DNA of 31,550 nt from positions 138,982 to 170,531 of the forward strand of contig JAWLBL010000021.1 of NCBI GenBank assembly GCA_041687695.1. Direction: 5' to 3'. This stretch comes from Myxococcota bacterium. Its GTDB lineage: Bacteria; Myxococcota_A; UBA9042; PHBI01; JAWLBL01. Of the stretch, positions 1 to 8,643 are shown in pieces (position 1 is the first letter of the stretch; the number at the start of each line of letters is the position of its first letter). Below the pieces are notes generated by a model, which searched no databases, had not been told where the DNA came from, and saw only the letters and a list, made by a program, of their open reading frames with translations. The position numbers and the translations under genes are program-made.

Positions 1-432
1 ACGCACTTGCCGTACTCGCAGACCTGGCCGCTCGGGCAGTCCGCGTCGTACGCGCACTCGGGAGGCGCCGCCACGCACTTGCCGTACTCGCAGACCTGGC
101 CGCTCGGGCAGTCCGCGTCGTACGCGCACTCGGGAGGCGCCGCCACGCACTTGCCGTACTCGCAGACCTGGCCGCTCGGGCAGTCCGCGTCGTACGCGCA
201 CTCGGGAGGCGCCGCGACGCACTTGCCGTACTCGCAGACCTGGCCGCTCGGGCAGTCCGCATCGTACTCGCACTCCGGGGGCGCCTCGACGCACTTGCCG
301 TACTCACAGACCTGGCCGTACGGGCAGTCCGCGTCGTAATCGCACTCCGGCGGCGCCTCCACGCAGTACCCGCCCACGCACTCGTGGCCGCTCGGGCAGT
401 CCGCGTCGTAATCGCACTCCGGCGGCTCCTCC
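1..432 (-). repeat. 72-bp coding tandem repeat, six units visible
   Basis: ACGCACTTGCCGTACTC recurs at 1, 73, 145, 217 and 289; a more diverged unit starts at 361. Confidence 0.95.
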
Positions 433-1022
433 ACACACGGCCCCTGATACGCGTACTCGACGCCGGCCTGCGCCGCCACGCACGCGCTCTCCCACGTCTC
501 GCCGTCGCACCCGCACACGGGCGCCACCACGTCGGGACACACGGCCGGACGCGCCACGCACTGCCCTTCGGCGTCACACGCGGGCCGCGCACAGTACTCG
601 TCCTCGCCGCACTCCGCCGTGTCCATGCACTTCACCGGCTCGACGTAGCCGTCCTCGTCTCCTCCGTAGTCGTTCCCTTCGTCGCCCACCGCGTCGATCG
701 CGTCCTCATCCGTCCCGTCCGGCCCCGCGTCCTCGGGCTCCAGGACGTCGTCGTCCCCTACGTCGTCGTCGCCGGGGTCCACGTCGTCGTCGCCGGGGTC
801 CACGTCATCGTCGCCGGGGTCCACGTCGTCCTCGAAGCCGTCCCCCGGCACGTCACCCGGCGTGTCCGTGGTCGCGTCCGGGTCCGGCGCCGGCTCGCCG
901 TTGTCCGCGCCAATGTCGCCCTGAACGCCCGATCCCAAGGTGTCACCGCATCCCGCAGCGATCCCCAGCGCCAGGCTCCCTACCATCACCAGCCGCCACC
1001 CGCGGCCCCCATTGGCACGCAT
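1..1022 (-). CDS. Lipoprotein with acidic linker, Kazal-type domain and tandem 24-aa Cys-rich repeats (3' end outside the window)
   Basis: Hand-translated open frame from ATG 1022 (GGAGAGG upstream): MRANGGRGWRLVMVGSLALGIAAG-C lipobox, Asp-rich DPGDDDV repeats, CPDVVAPVCGCDGETWESAC...YQGPC Kazal motif, then AAPPECAYDADCPSGQVCEYGKCV repeats. Absent from the ORF track because it has no stop in the window. Confidence 0.9.
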   Translation of the reverse strand, partial: MRANGGRGWRLVMVGSLALGIAAGCGDTLGSGVQGDIGADNGEPAPDPDATTDTPGDVPGDGFEDDVDPGDDDVDPGDDDVDPGDDDVGDDDVLEPEDAGPDGTDEDAIDAVGDEGNDYGGDEDGYVEPVKCMDTAECGEDEYCARPACDAEGQCVARPAVCPDVVAPVCGCDGETWESACVAAQAGVEYAYQGPCVEEPPECDYDADCPSGHECVGGYCVEAPPECDYDADCPYGQVCEYGKCVEAPPECEYDADCPSGQVCEYGKCVAAPPECAYDADCPSGQVCEYGKCVAAPPECAYDADCPSGQVCEYGKCVAAPPECAYDADCPSGQVCEYGKC

Positions 1023-1472
1023 GCATCACCTCTCCAGCAAGTGGCCGTGTCCAGCCCGCGTGGCCCACCGGTTCGGCCTGGCGCACGACGCCGCCCGCGC
1101 CCGGGACGTTCGCAGCCCCAGCGCACGCGCCATCACACGTGTCCACCGTCTCGGTCGGCGATCCGCGGGCCGCCTGGCGGCCGGGTCGAGTCGCGCCGGA
1201 GCGCCCGAGCGCCTGCTCGAAGCCCTTCCGGTAGCGGCAGTATCGCGCGCTCGTCGCCGCGCCGCACACCCCGGGACGCACACGAGCGGAATACGGATGC
1301 ACAGGCCCATTCTGCCTCCACTTTTTGGCACCGGCCGTTCCCGCCGCCGTTCCCGCGCCGCGGTCGGCGTCCGGGCGCGGTCGCCACCACCTCGTGCGCC
1401 GCCGGAGGGCTTGCGTCCTTCACCGCCGCGACCCACGATGGGGCGTCTCCTCACGGCCCCGAGAGCGTCCGG

Positions 1473-2933
1473 ATGCGCCTCCACCCCGTCGCGGTCGTCC
1501 TCACCCTGCTGGCGCTGGCCCCCGGCTGTGACACCGTGCCGTCCGGCGGCGCGCCGCAAGACCTCGGCGCCTCGGATCCCGGCCCCGGCTCAACCGCAGA
1601 CACCTCGGCCGACGCCCCGCCGCCCACCGACACCGCCACCGCCGATCCCGGCCCGCTCGCCGACGCCCCAACCGACGGCGACGCACCGGCCGACGGCGAC
1701 GCACCGGCCGACGACGTGCCCCCGGACGCCGACGCCGACCTCGGCGCCCCCGACATCGGCCCCGACATCGGCCCCGACATCGGCCCCGACGTGCCCCCGC
1801 CGCCCCCTGCAGGCTCCTGGGACGCCCCCATCCCGCTGGGCCCGCTGCCCGCGCGCGCCTCCGGCGACACCGCCGCCTCGCCGACCTCCCTGGCCGACGC
1901 CTACGCCTGCGCCCCCGCCATCGACGAGTCCGGCCCCGAGGTCGTCTTCCAGCTCGAGGTCACCGCCCCCGGCACCCTGACCGTCGCCGTCGACGACCTG
2001 CCCGGCGACGCCCTGGACATCGACGTCCACCTGCTCGACGCCCCCTCCCCCGACGCCTGCCTCGCCCGCCACGACCTGGTCCTGACCGCCCCCGTCACCC
2101 CCGGCACCTACTACGTCGTCGCCGACACCTGGACCAACGCCGCCGGCGCCCCGCTCGCCGGGCCCTTCACCCTCGACGTCGCCCTGCGCAAGTCCCACCC
2201 CGGCGGCGTCGGCTGCACCACCTCGCCCATCACCTGCGACCCGGCCGCCCCGCCCCTGGTCAACCCCGTCCCCGCCGAGCCGCCCGGCCTCGGCGGCTGC
2301 CCCCCGGGCATGCAGCGGGTCGACACCTTCTGCGTCGACCGCTTCGAGGCCGCCCTCGCCCGCGTCGAACCCGACGGCGCCCTGTCGCCCTGGTCGCCCT
2401 ACGCCAACCCGGGCGCCACCCCGGTCCGCGCCCTCAGCGCCCCGGGCCTCGTCCCGCAGGGCTACATCAACCAGCCCCAGGCCGCCGCCGCCTGTCAGGC
2501 CGCCGGCAAGCGCCTGTGCACCGACGCCGAGTGGCTGCGCGCCTGCCGCGGCCCCCAGGCGACCACCTACCCCTACGGCGACACGCCGCTCCCGGCCGTC
2601 TGCAACGACGCGCGCGCCTGCCACCCGGCGACCCAGTACTTCCAGACCACGGCCAGCTGGATCTACGGCGAGATCGCCAACCCCTGCGTCGGCCAGCTGC
2701 CCGACGCGCTGGCCCCCACCGGCGCCCACCCGGGCTGCGTCACGGCCGAGGGCCTGGTCGACATGATGGGCAACCTGCACGAGTGGACCGCCGACCCGGC
2801 CGGCACCTTCCGCGGCGGCTTCTACGTCGACACCAAGATCAACGGCGCGGGCTGCCTGTACGCGACCACCGCCCACACCGTCGGCCACTGGGACTACTCG
2901 ACGGGCTTTCGCTGCTGCGCCAACGCGCCCTGA
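1473..2933 (+). CDS. Lipoprotein with Pro/Asp linker, PPC-like beta-sandwich and C-terminal FGE/sulfatase-modifying-factor-fold domain
   Basis: MRLHPVAVVLTLLALAPG-C lipobox; FCVDRFEA, GKRLCTDAEWLRAC, YPYG, DMMGNLHEWT, RGG and GFRCC motifs. The start at 384 in the ORF track is an over-extension. Confidence 0.85.
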   Translation: MRLHPVAVVLTLLALAPGCDTVPSGGAPQDLGASDPGPGSTADTSADAPPPTDTATADPGPLADAPTDGDAPADGDAPADDVPPDADADLGAPDIGPDIGPDIGPDVPPPPPAGSWDAPIPLGPLPARASGDTAASPTSLADAYACAPAIDESGPEVVFQLEVTAPGTLTVAVDDLPGDALDIDVHLLDAPSPDACLARHDLVLTAPVTPGTYYVVADTWTNAAGAPLAGPFTLDVALRKSHPGGVGCTTSPITCDPAAPPLVNPVPAEPPGLGGCPPGMQRVDTFCVDRFEAALARVEPDGALSPWSPYANPGATPVRALSAPGLVPQGYINQPQAAAACQAAGKRLCTDAEWLRACRGPQATTYPYGDTPLPAVCNDARACHPATQYFQTTASWIYGEIANPCVGQLPDALAPTGAHPGCVTAEGLVDMMGNLHEWTADPAGTFRGGFYVDTKINGAGCLYATTAHTVGHWDYSTGFRCCANAP

Positions 2934-3104
2934 GCCGTTCCGTCAGGCCGGCGAGTCTCCCAACGATTTCCACTGGTCCGCCCCGCGCTCCGTTCAGACT
3001 CTCCGGGCGCGGCAGGGTGCAGGGCCTCCTCGCGATCGCCCCCGAACGCCGCCAGCCCGCGCCGCCACTTCGCGACGCGCGCCGCCCACCAGGGGAGAGC
3101 CACC

Positions 3105-3851
3105 ATGACCGAACCCGCTCCCACCCCGCCGCGTCCCGGCCCCGCGCCGCGCCCCGCCTCCGCGCCCCCGGTGCGCGTCCGCCCCGCCCTGGTGGTGGTG
3201 CTGGTCCTGGGCTGGCTGCTGGCGGGTGCCGGCCTGTACATCGCCGCGCAGCACGACAGCCGCCCGTGGGACGACCTGGTCCTGGACCGGCGCGGGCAGC
3301 CGGCCCTGGCGCAGGTGGTCGCCGTCGACAACGTGCGCCTGTACAAGGGCCGCTTCGTCGACCAGGCGCGGCTGCGCTACGAGACCGCGGACGGCCGCAC
3401 CGTCGAGGTCCGCGCCGACGCCTTCGCCGGCGACGACAAGCAGCGGCTGGCCGCGGGGCAGGTGCCGGTCGAGTACGACCCCGAGCGCCCCGAGCGCATG
3501 CGCGTCGCCGGCGAGAGCGCGGTCGACGCCCGCGAGCTGACGCTGCTGGGCATGCTGGCCCCCGGCCTGCTGGTGCTGGGTTACCTGACCTTCCTGCACG
3601 TCCCGCTGGCCCGGCGGCGGCGCGCGCGTCGCCTGGCGCTCGCCCGCGACGGCGAGGTCGCCCTGGCCCGGGTCGAGGCCGTCAAGGCCGAGCCGTGGGC
3701 CTGGGTGGTGCGCTACCGCTTCGAGGCCGGCGGGCAGACGGTGCGCGGCAAGCTCGAGCGCCCGGTCGAGACCGCCGTCGGCGACGGCCTGTGGGTCTTC
3801 CACGACCCGCAAGACCCGCGCCACCACCGCCCGGCCGAGCTGGCGCCGTAG
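3105..3851 (+). CDS. Membrane protein, DUF3592-like (two TM + OB-like modules)
   Basis: GGGGAG RBS; two hydrophobic segments, each followed by a 'V.V.YDP.(R/D)P'-type motif (VPVEYDPERP, LWVFHDPQDP). Confidence 0.65.
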   Translation: MTEPAPTPPRPGPAPRPASAPPVRVRPALVVVLVLGWLLAGAGLYIAAQHDSRPWDDLVLDRRGQPALAQVVAVDNVRLYKGRFVDQARLRYETADGRTVEVRADAFAGDDKQRLAAGQVPVEYDPERPERMRVAGESAVDARELTLLGMLAPGLLVLGYLTFLHVPLARRRRARRLALARDGEVALARVEAVKAEPWAWVVRYRFEAGGQTVRGKLERPVETAVGDGLWVFHDPQDPRHHRPAELAP

Positions 3852-3867
3852 GCGACGCGCCGGGCCG

Positions 3868-4077
3868 CTAGGCTTTGCGCAACGCCTCTCCGGTGTGCGC
3901 CGCCCGCGCCCCGCTCTGCTCGCTCTCGACGATGTAGCGCGGGTCGTCCTCGCTGGCGCGGAACTGGTGCTGATACAGCTCGAAGTCCTCGGTCCTCACC
4001 TCGACCACCTTGCCGCGCGTCTCGCCCTGCGGCGTGTTCCAGCGCACCCGGTCGCCCACGTGGAAGGGCCTGGCCAT
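3868..4077 (-). CDS. DUF2945 / Hva1-TUDOR small protein
   Basis: FHVGDRVRWNTPQGETRGKVVE...RASEDDPRYIVESEQSGARAAH; GGAGG RBS before ATG 4077. Confidence 0.85.
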   Translation of the reverse strand: MARPFHVGDRVRWNTPQGETRGKVVEVRTEDFELYQHQFRASEDDPRYIVESEQSGARAAHTGEALRKA

Positions 4078-4206
4078 CGCGTCACCTCCCCGGCTCGTCG
4101 TCTGTGTGAACCGGAAGGTCGCCACGCCCCAAGGCAACCGAGGGACGTTGCGCGCCGCGGACTCCTCGGCCTAGGGTTCGCCTCGGAACTGACCCCGGAG
4201 CCGCCG

Positions 4207-6105
4207 ATGTCCCTGCGCCCGCTCGCCCTCGCCGCCCTGCTCGCCGCCGCCGCCCCCGCCGCCGCCGCCCCGCCCGCCGCGCCGACGCTGAGCCGCGCCG
4301 ACTTCAACCGCTTGGCCGTCCTCGAGGGGCTGCCGCTCTTCTGGGCTTCCGACACCGACCGCCCCGGCCAGCTCGACCCCGCCGAGCTGGCCCCGGTGGG
4401 CGCCAACGTGAACCTCGGCGCCTGGGTCGCCCGCGGCGCCTTCACCCCGGCCTTCCACGCCGGCTACGCCCGCCTGGTCGAGCGCCGCCGCCGCGAGGCC
4501 GTCGCCCGCGAGCTGGACGCCGGCCGCCCCACCCTGGTCGTCACCGACTTCACCGCGGCCCCGCCCGCCGAGCGCCGCGTCATCGCCGCCCTCGCCGAGG
4601 CCGCCAGGCTCGTCGACCAGCTGCACCTGCGCCAGCGCGGCGCCGAGGCCCTCGCCCGCCAGCTGGCCCCCGGCGACACGGCCAGCGCCGCCCTGTTCGC
4701 CCGCAACCAGGGCCCCTGGTGCCAGGCCCCCGGCACCGACGCCGACCCCTTCTGCCACGCCCTGCCGACCTTCGCCCCGCGCCGCGACGCCTCCTACCCG
4801 CCGGACGTCGAGCCCACCGAGGCCTGGTGCCAGTCGCTGCAGGGCCTGCCCAACGCCGCGGGGCTGACCGACCCCTTCACGGTGGTCCGTAGCGATCACG
4901 CGGGCCTGGTCCCCATCCCCTACGACCAGCCCTATGGCGACCTGATGGGCAAGGTCGCGACGCAGCTCGACGCGGCCGCCAAGGCCCTGCCTAAGGACGA
5001 GGACGCCTTCCGCGCCTACCTGCAGGCCGCGGCCAAGGGCTTCCGCACCAACCAGTGGTGGGAGGCCGACGAGGCCTGGTCGCGCATGTCGGCCCGCAAC
5101 AGCCGCTGGTACCTGCGGGTCGGCCCCGACGAGACCTACTGGGACGCCTGCGGCCTCAAGGCGGGCTTCCACATGTCGCTCGCCCGGGTCGACCAGGAGG
5201 CGCTGGCCTGGCAGGACAAGCTGGCGGCCCTGCGCGGCGACATGGAGACCCGCATCGCCCGCGTCATCGGCGCCCCCTACCAGGCGCGCGAGGTGGGCTT
5301 TCAGCTGCCCGAGTTCATCCACGTCGTGCTGAACGCGGGGGACAGCCGCTCGCCGCTGGGCGCCACGGTCGGCCAGTCGCTTCCCAACTTCGGGCCGGTC
5401 GCCGAGCAGTCCCGCGGGCGGACGGTGGTGATGGCCAACCTGTACACCGACCCCGACTCGCTGGACCTGGCCGAACGCAAGGCCCGCGCCCTGCTGGCGC
5501 CGGCGACCCTGGCCCACTACACCCGCGACCCGGCCGCCTCGAACCTGGACGTCGTGCTGCACGAGGCGACCCACAACCTGGGCCCCAACGGCGCCTACAA
5601 GGTGGACGGCAAGGCCCCCGACGCGATCTTCGGCGGGCCGACCGCGGCCATCCTCGAGGAGCTCAAGGCCCAGACCGGGGCCCTGTTCTACCTGCCGCTG
5701 CTGCGCGAGCGCGATCTCGTGACCGACGAGCAGGTCCGCCAGGCCTACGTGGCCAGCCTGATGTGGGCCTTCGGGCAGATCGCCCAGGGCATGACCACGG
5801 CGTCCGGCTACCCGCGCACCTACTCGCAGGTGGCCGCCGTGCAGGTGGGCGAGCTGATGCGCGCCGGGGCCCTGCGGCTCGAGGACGGCCGCTTCGCCCT
5901 GGCCTTCGACCGCCTCCCCGCCGCCGTCGACGCCCTGATGGCCCAGGTCGGCGGCGTCATGGCCCGCGGCGACGCCCCGGCCGCGCAGGCCCTGCTGGCC
6001 CGCAACACCTCGCCCGAGGCCCTGCAGGCCATCCACGCCCCGGCCATCACCGCCGAGATCCAGCGCCACCCCAAGGCGACCTTCCTCTACTCGGTGCGTT
6101 GGTGA
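4207..6105 (+). CDS. Secreted dipeptidyl-peptidase III-like zinc metallopeptidase (M49 / NUDT3-type)
   Basis: Signal peptide MSLRPLALAALLAAAAPAAA; VGPDETYWD, GQSLPN, LHEATHNLGP and LEELKA motifs. Confidence 0.8.
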   Translation: MSLRPLALAALLAAAAPAAAAPPAAPTLSRADFNRLAVLEGLPLFWASDTDRPGQLDPAELAPVGANVNLGAWVARGAFTPAFHAGYARLVERRRREAVARELDAGRPTLVVTDFTAAPPAERRVIAALAEAARLVDQLHLRQRGAEALARQLAPGDTASAALFARNQGPWCQAPGTDADPFCHALPTFAPRRDASYPPDVEPTEAWCQSLQGLPNAAGLTDPFTVVRSDHAGLVPIPYDQPYGDLMGKVATQLDAAAKALPKDEDAFRAYLQAAAKGFRTNQWWEADEAWSRMSARNSRWYLRVGPDETYWDACGLKAGFHMSLARVDQEALAWQDKLAALRGDMETRIARVIGAPYQAREVGFQLPEFIHVVLNAGDSRSPLGATVGQSLPNFGPVAEQSRGRTVVMANLYTDPDSLDLAERKARALLAPATLAHYTRDPAASNLDVVLHEATHNLGPNGAYKVDGKAPDAIFGGPTAAILEELKAQTGALFYLPLLRERDLVTDEQVRQAYVASLMWAFGQIAQGMTTASGYPRTYSQVAAVQVGELMRAGALRLEDGRFALAFDRLPAAVDALMAQVGGVMARGDAPAAQALLARNTSPEALQAIHAPAITAEIQRHPKATFLYSVRW

Positions 6106-6125
6106 GGCCGCCTCGCGTCCGCGGT

Positions 6126-6156
6126 TTGACCGAGCGAGGCAAGGGTCATACACCCT
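6126..6156 (+). promoter_or_regulatory. Putative vapBC promoter with overlapping operator
   Basis: TTGACC-N17-TACACC; inverted repeat AGGGT-CATAC-ACCCT at 6142-6156 covers the -10. Confidence 0.45.
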
Positions 6157-6178
6157 GAATATCCCTCGGAGGTGTAGA

Positions 6179-6391
6179 GTGAGCCGAACGAACATCGTCC
6201 TGGATGACGCCTTGGTCGAGGAGGGCCTGCGCTTGACGGGCCTGCCCAGCAAGCGCGCCCTGGTGCAGGAGGCCTTGACCGCCTACGTGGCTTGGCAACG
6301 CCGGCGGCGCATCTCCGAGCTGCGTGGCAAGGTCGAGTTCGATGCCGAATACGACCACAGACGCCTCCGGAATTCGCGGCAATCGTCCTGA
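6179..6391 (+). CDS. vapB: VapB antitoxin
   Basis: (M)SRTNIVLDDALVEEGLRLTGLPSKRALVQEAL; GGAGG RBS; TGATG coupling to vapC. Confidence 0.9.
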   Translation: MSRTNIVLDDALVEEGLRLTGLPSKRALVQEALTAYVAWQRRRRISELRGKVEFDAEYDHRRLRNSRQSS

Positions 6392-6789
6392 TGACCGTCG
6401 TGGATACGAGCGTCTGGCTCGCCTATCTGGCGGGACGCGACAACGCTCACACGGCCGCGTTCGCGGCGCTCGTGGAAGCGGGTGAAGACGTCGCCCTTAC
6501 CGGCCTCATCCTGACGGAGGTCTTGCAAGGCATCCGATCCGACGCGGTTCGAGCGGAGGCGCTCGCGCATCTCGAGGATTTTTGCCTTCTCGAGCTTGCA
6601 CGAGACGACTACATCCTGGCCGCAGAGATCTACAGAACGTGCCGACGGCACGGATTCACGGTCCGCGGCACGATCGACTGTCTCATCGCGGCGCTGTGCC
6701 TCAACCGTGGCGCGACCTTGCTCCACGACGACCGCGACTTTGCTCGAATCGCAACCATCGTCGGCCTGCCGACCCACGTCGCCGCGTGA
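6391..6789 (+). CDS. vapC: VapC PIN-domain toxin
   Basis: VVDTSVWL, ILTEVLQG, IDCLIAA, LLHDDRDF: conserved acidic PIN residues. Confidence 0.92.
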   Translation: MTVVDTSVWLAYLAGRDNAHTAAFAALVEAGEDVALTGLILTEVLQGIRSDAVRAEALAHLEDFCLLELARDDYILAAEIYRTCRRHGFTVRGTIDCLIAALCLNRGATLLHDDRDFARIATIVGLPTHVAA

Positions 6790-6840
6790 GGCGAGCGGCG
6801 TGCCGCGCCTCGTCGGTCGCGTCACGCCGCTCCGCTGAGG

Positions 6841-7155
6841 CTACTCCAGCTCGACCTCGTGGGCGATGAGGGCGCCGTCGGCGCGCAGGGTGCCGTCGAC
6901 CTCGACGCGGCGGCCGTTGTCGAGCTCCTGGCAGGTGCCGTCCTCCCACTCGGTGCCGGCGTGGGTCAGCACCAGCCGCCCGTTGACGCGGAAGGTCACC
7001 TGCGGGCAGATGCCCGCCAGCTCGCTGACCGCGCCCTTCTCCTCGTAGTCGGCGCGCGGCGACTCGGCCAACGCCCCGCCGGACAGGGTCATCGCCGCGG
7101 CGGCCGCGATGGCCAGCCCCGGCGCCTTCCAGATGCGCGCGATGCGATGGGACAT
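6841..7155 (-). CDS. Small secreted DUF5666-like (OB-fold) protein
   Basis: GAGGAGG RBS; signal peptide ending ALA; FRVNG...T.WEDG...L.NGRRVEVDG....GALIAHEVELE. Confidence 0.75.
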   Translation of the reverse strand: MSHRIARIWKAPGLAIAAAAAMTLSGGALAESPRADYEEKGAVSELAGICPQVTFRVNGRLVLTHAGTEWEDGTCQELDNGRRVEVDGTLRADGALIAHEVELE

Positions 7156-7352
7156 GGGATTGCCTCCTCGAAGCGCCGCGCGGCGCGGCTCCCCCCGAGC
7201 CGCAGGTCCCCGCGCGGCCTGGCCCATGACGACAGACGCTAAGCACGGGCCTCCCGGCGCGTGACTTCGGATTCGCGGCGCAGCTGGACCGACGCGGCCG
7301 CGTTCGAGCTGGGAGGTGAGGCCGGCAGGGAGCGCGGTGCTACGGGGCGGCC

Positions 7353-8468
7353 TCAGCGCGCGGGCGCGGCGGCGGAGCGCTTGGGGAGCGTGACGCTGAA
7401 GGTGGTCCCGTAGCCCTCGCGGCTGTCGACGTCGACGCGCCCGCCGTGAGCCTCGGTCAGGCCCTTGACGATGGTGAGGCCGAGGCCCCAGCCGGGGGCG
7501 GCGGCGGGTCGCGTGCGACGGAACTGTTGGAAGAAGAGGGCCTGCTCGTCCGGCGGAATGGGTCGACCGGCGTTGTGGACGGAGACCGTGGCGTCCTCGG
7601 GCGACTGATCGAGCCGCAGCGTCACAGGCGTATGCGGCGCGCCATACTTGAAGGCGTTCGAGACCAGGTTGTCGACGATTCGCCGCAGGGCGTCCCTGTC
7701 CCACCAGCCGATGCAAGGGCCGCTGGTGTCCAGCACGAGGCGGGTCGGGTCGGCGGGGAGCATCGCGGCGACGGCCTCGTGCAGGACCCGCTCGAGGTCG
7801 CACTCGCTCAGCTGGAGCGGCAGGGTGTACCCAGCGCGTAGGAGGCCCGCGTCGAGGATGTCGGTGGTCATGGTTTCGAGCCGGTCCATGCTCTCGACGA
7901 TGCGGACGGCGGACTCGACGCAGCGTTCGACGTCGTCGGGGCTGCGCAGGATGTACTCGGCGTGCAACCTGGCGGCGGTCATGGGCCCGCGGAGGTCGTG
8001 GGCGAGGGCGCGCGTCAGGTGCTGCTGCACGTTGCGGAGGGTGTCGCTGAATTGGCTGGCGGCGTCGTTGACGGCCTGCTCGATGGAGAGCGTGATGATC
8101 TCGCGCTCGGTGGGGGTCAGCGGGGCGTCCTCCTCGAGCACCTGACAGATGACCTGGCGCAGGATGTGGTACTCGAAGATGAGCTGGTCCACCGTGTAGC
8201 CGGGGCTCGTCGCGCGCTCGTGGCCGTGCTCGCGACCGACGCGCTCGCTGTCGATGCGGTCGGCGGCGCGGTTGGCGTCGGTGCGCGCGCGGGTCTTCGA
8301 CAGGGCGTCGGCGAGCAGCTCGAGGTACTCGGGCAGCGAGTTGCGCAGCGCCAGCGACGCCTGGTCACCCGCGGCGCCGACCTCGACGATGGCGCGCGCC
8401 ACCCAGCGGTTCATGACCTCGGCAGCGCGGCGGCGGAGGCGGGTCGAGGCGTCCTGGGGGGCGGTCAT
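7353..8468 (-). CDS. Cytoplasmic histidine kinase with RsbRD_N-like N-terminal domain
   Basis: H-box AHDLRGP, N-box NLVSNAFKYG, G2 GWGLGLTIVK; N-terminal 'HGHERATSPGYTVDQLIFEYHILR'. Start could also be 8525/8528. Confidence 0.88.
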   Translation of the reverse strand: MTAPQDASTRLRRRAAEVMNRWVARAIVEVGAAGDQASLALRNSLPEYLELLADALSKTRARTDANRAADRIDSERVGREHGHERATSPGYTVDQLIFEYHILRQVICQVLEEDAPLTPTEREIITLSIEQAVNDAASQFSDTLRNVQQHLTRALAHDLRGPMTAARLHAEYILRSPDDVERCVESAVRIVESMDRLETMTTDILDAGLLRAGYTLPLQLSECDLERVLHEAVAAMLPADPTRLVLDTSGPCIGWWDRDALRRIVDNLVSNAFKYGAPHTPVTLRLDQSPEDATVSVHNAGRPIPPDEQALFFQQFRRTRPAAAPGWGLGLTIVKGLTEAHGGRVDVDSREGYGTTFSVTLPKRSAAAPAR

Positions 8469-8643
8469 GCGGGCCTCGGGAGGGACTGGGAAGGCGATGA
8501 GCGGGGGCGCCGCGGGCGGGCGCATCATCGCGGACCACTCCGGTCGAATTACACCGGGAGTGAGGCGCTGAAACCAGGATGCGGACCCAGAGGCCCACGG
8601 CTCGCCCGCGAGGTGGGGCGGGCCGTGGGGCGTCGGGCGGGGG

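Noticed and set aside
7..339. Plus-strand repetitive ORF (PYSQTWPLGQSAS...)
   Set aside because: Antisense shadow of the Cys-repeat lipoprotein, which has an RBS, lipobox and recognisable domains.
1..432. Possible CRISPR array
   Set aside because: Contiguous 72-bp coding repeats with no unique spacers; no cas genes.
1327..1342. Sigma-54 promoter TGGCACCGGCCGTTCC
   Set aside because: The -12 GC dinucleotide is missing at the required spacing.
2300..2933. Diversity-generating retroelement target (FGE/C-type lectin fold)
   Set aside because: No template repeat or reverse transcriptase seen in the window.
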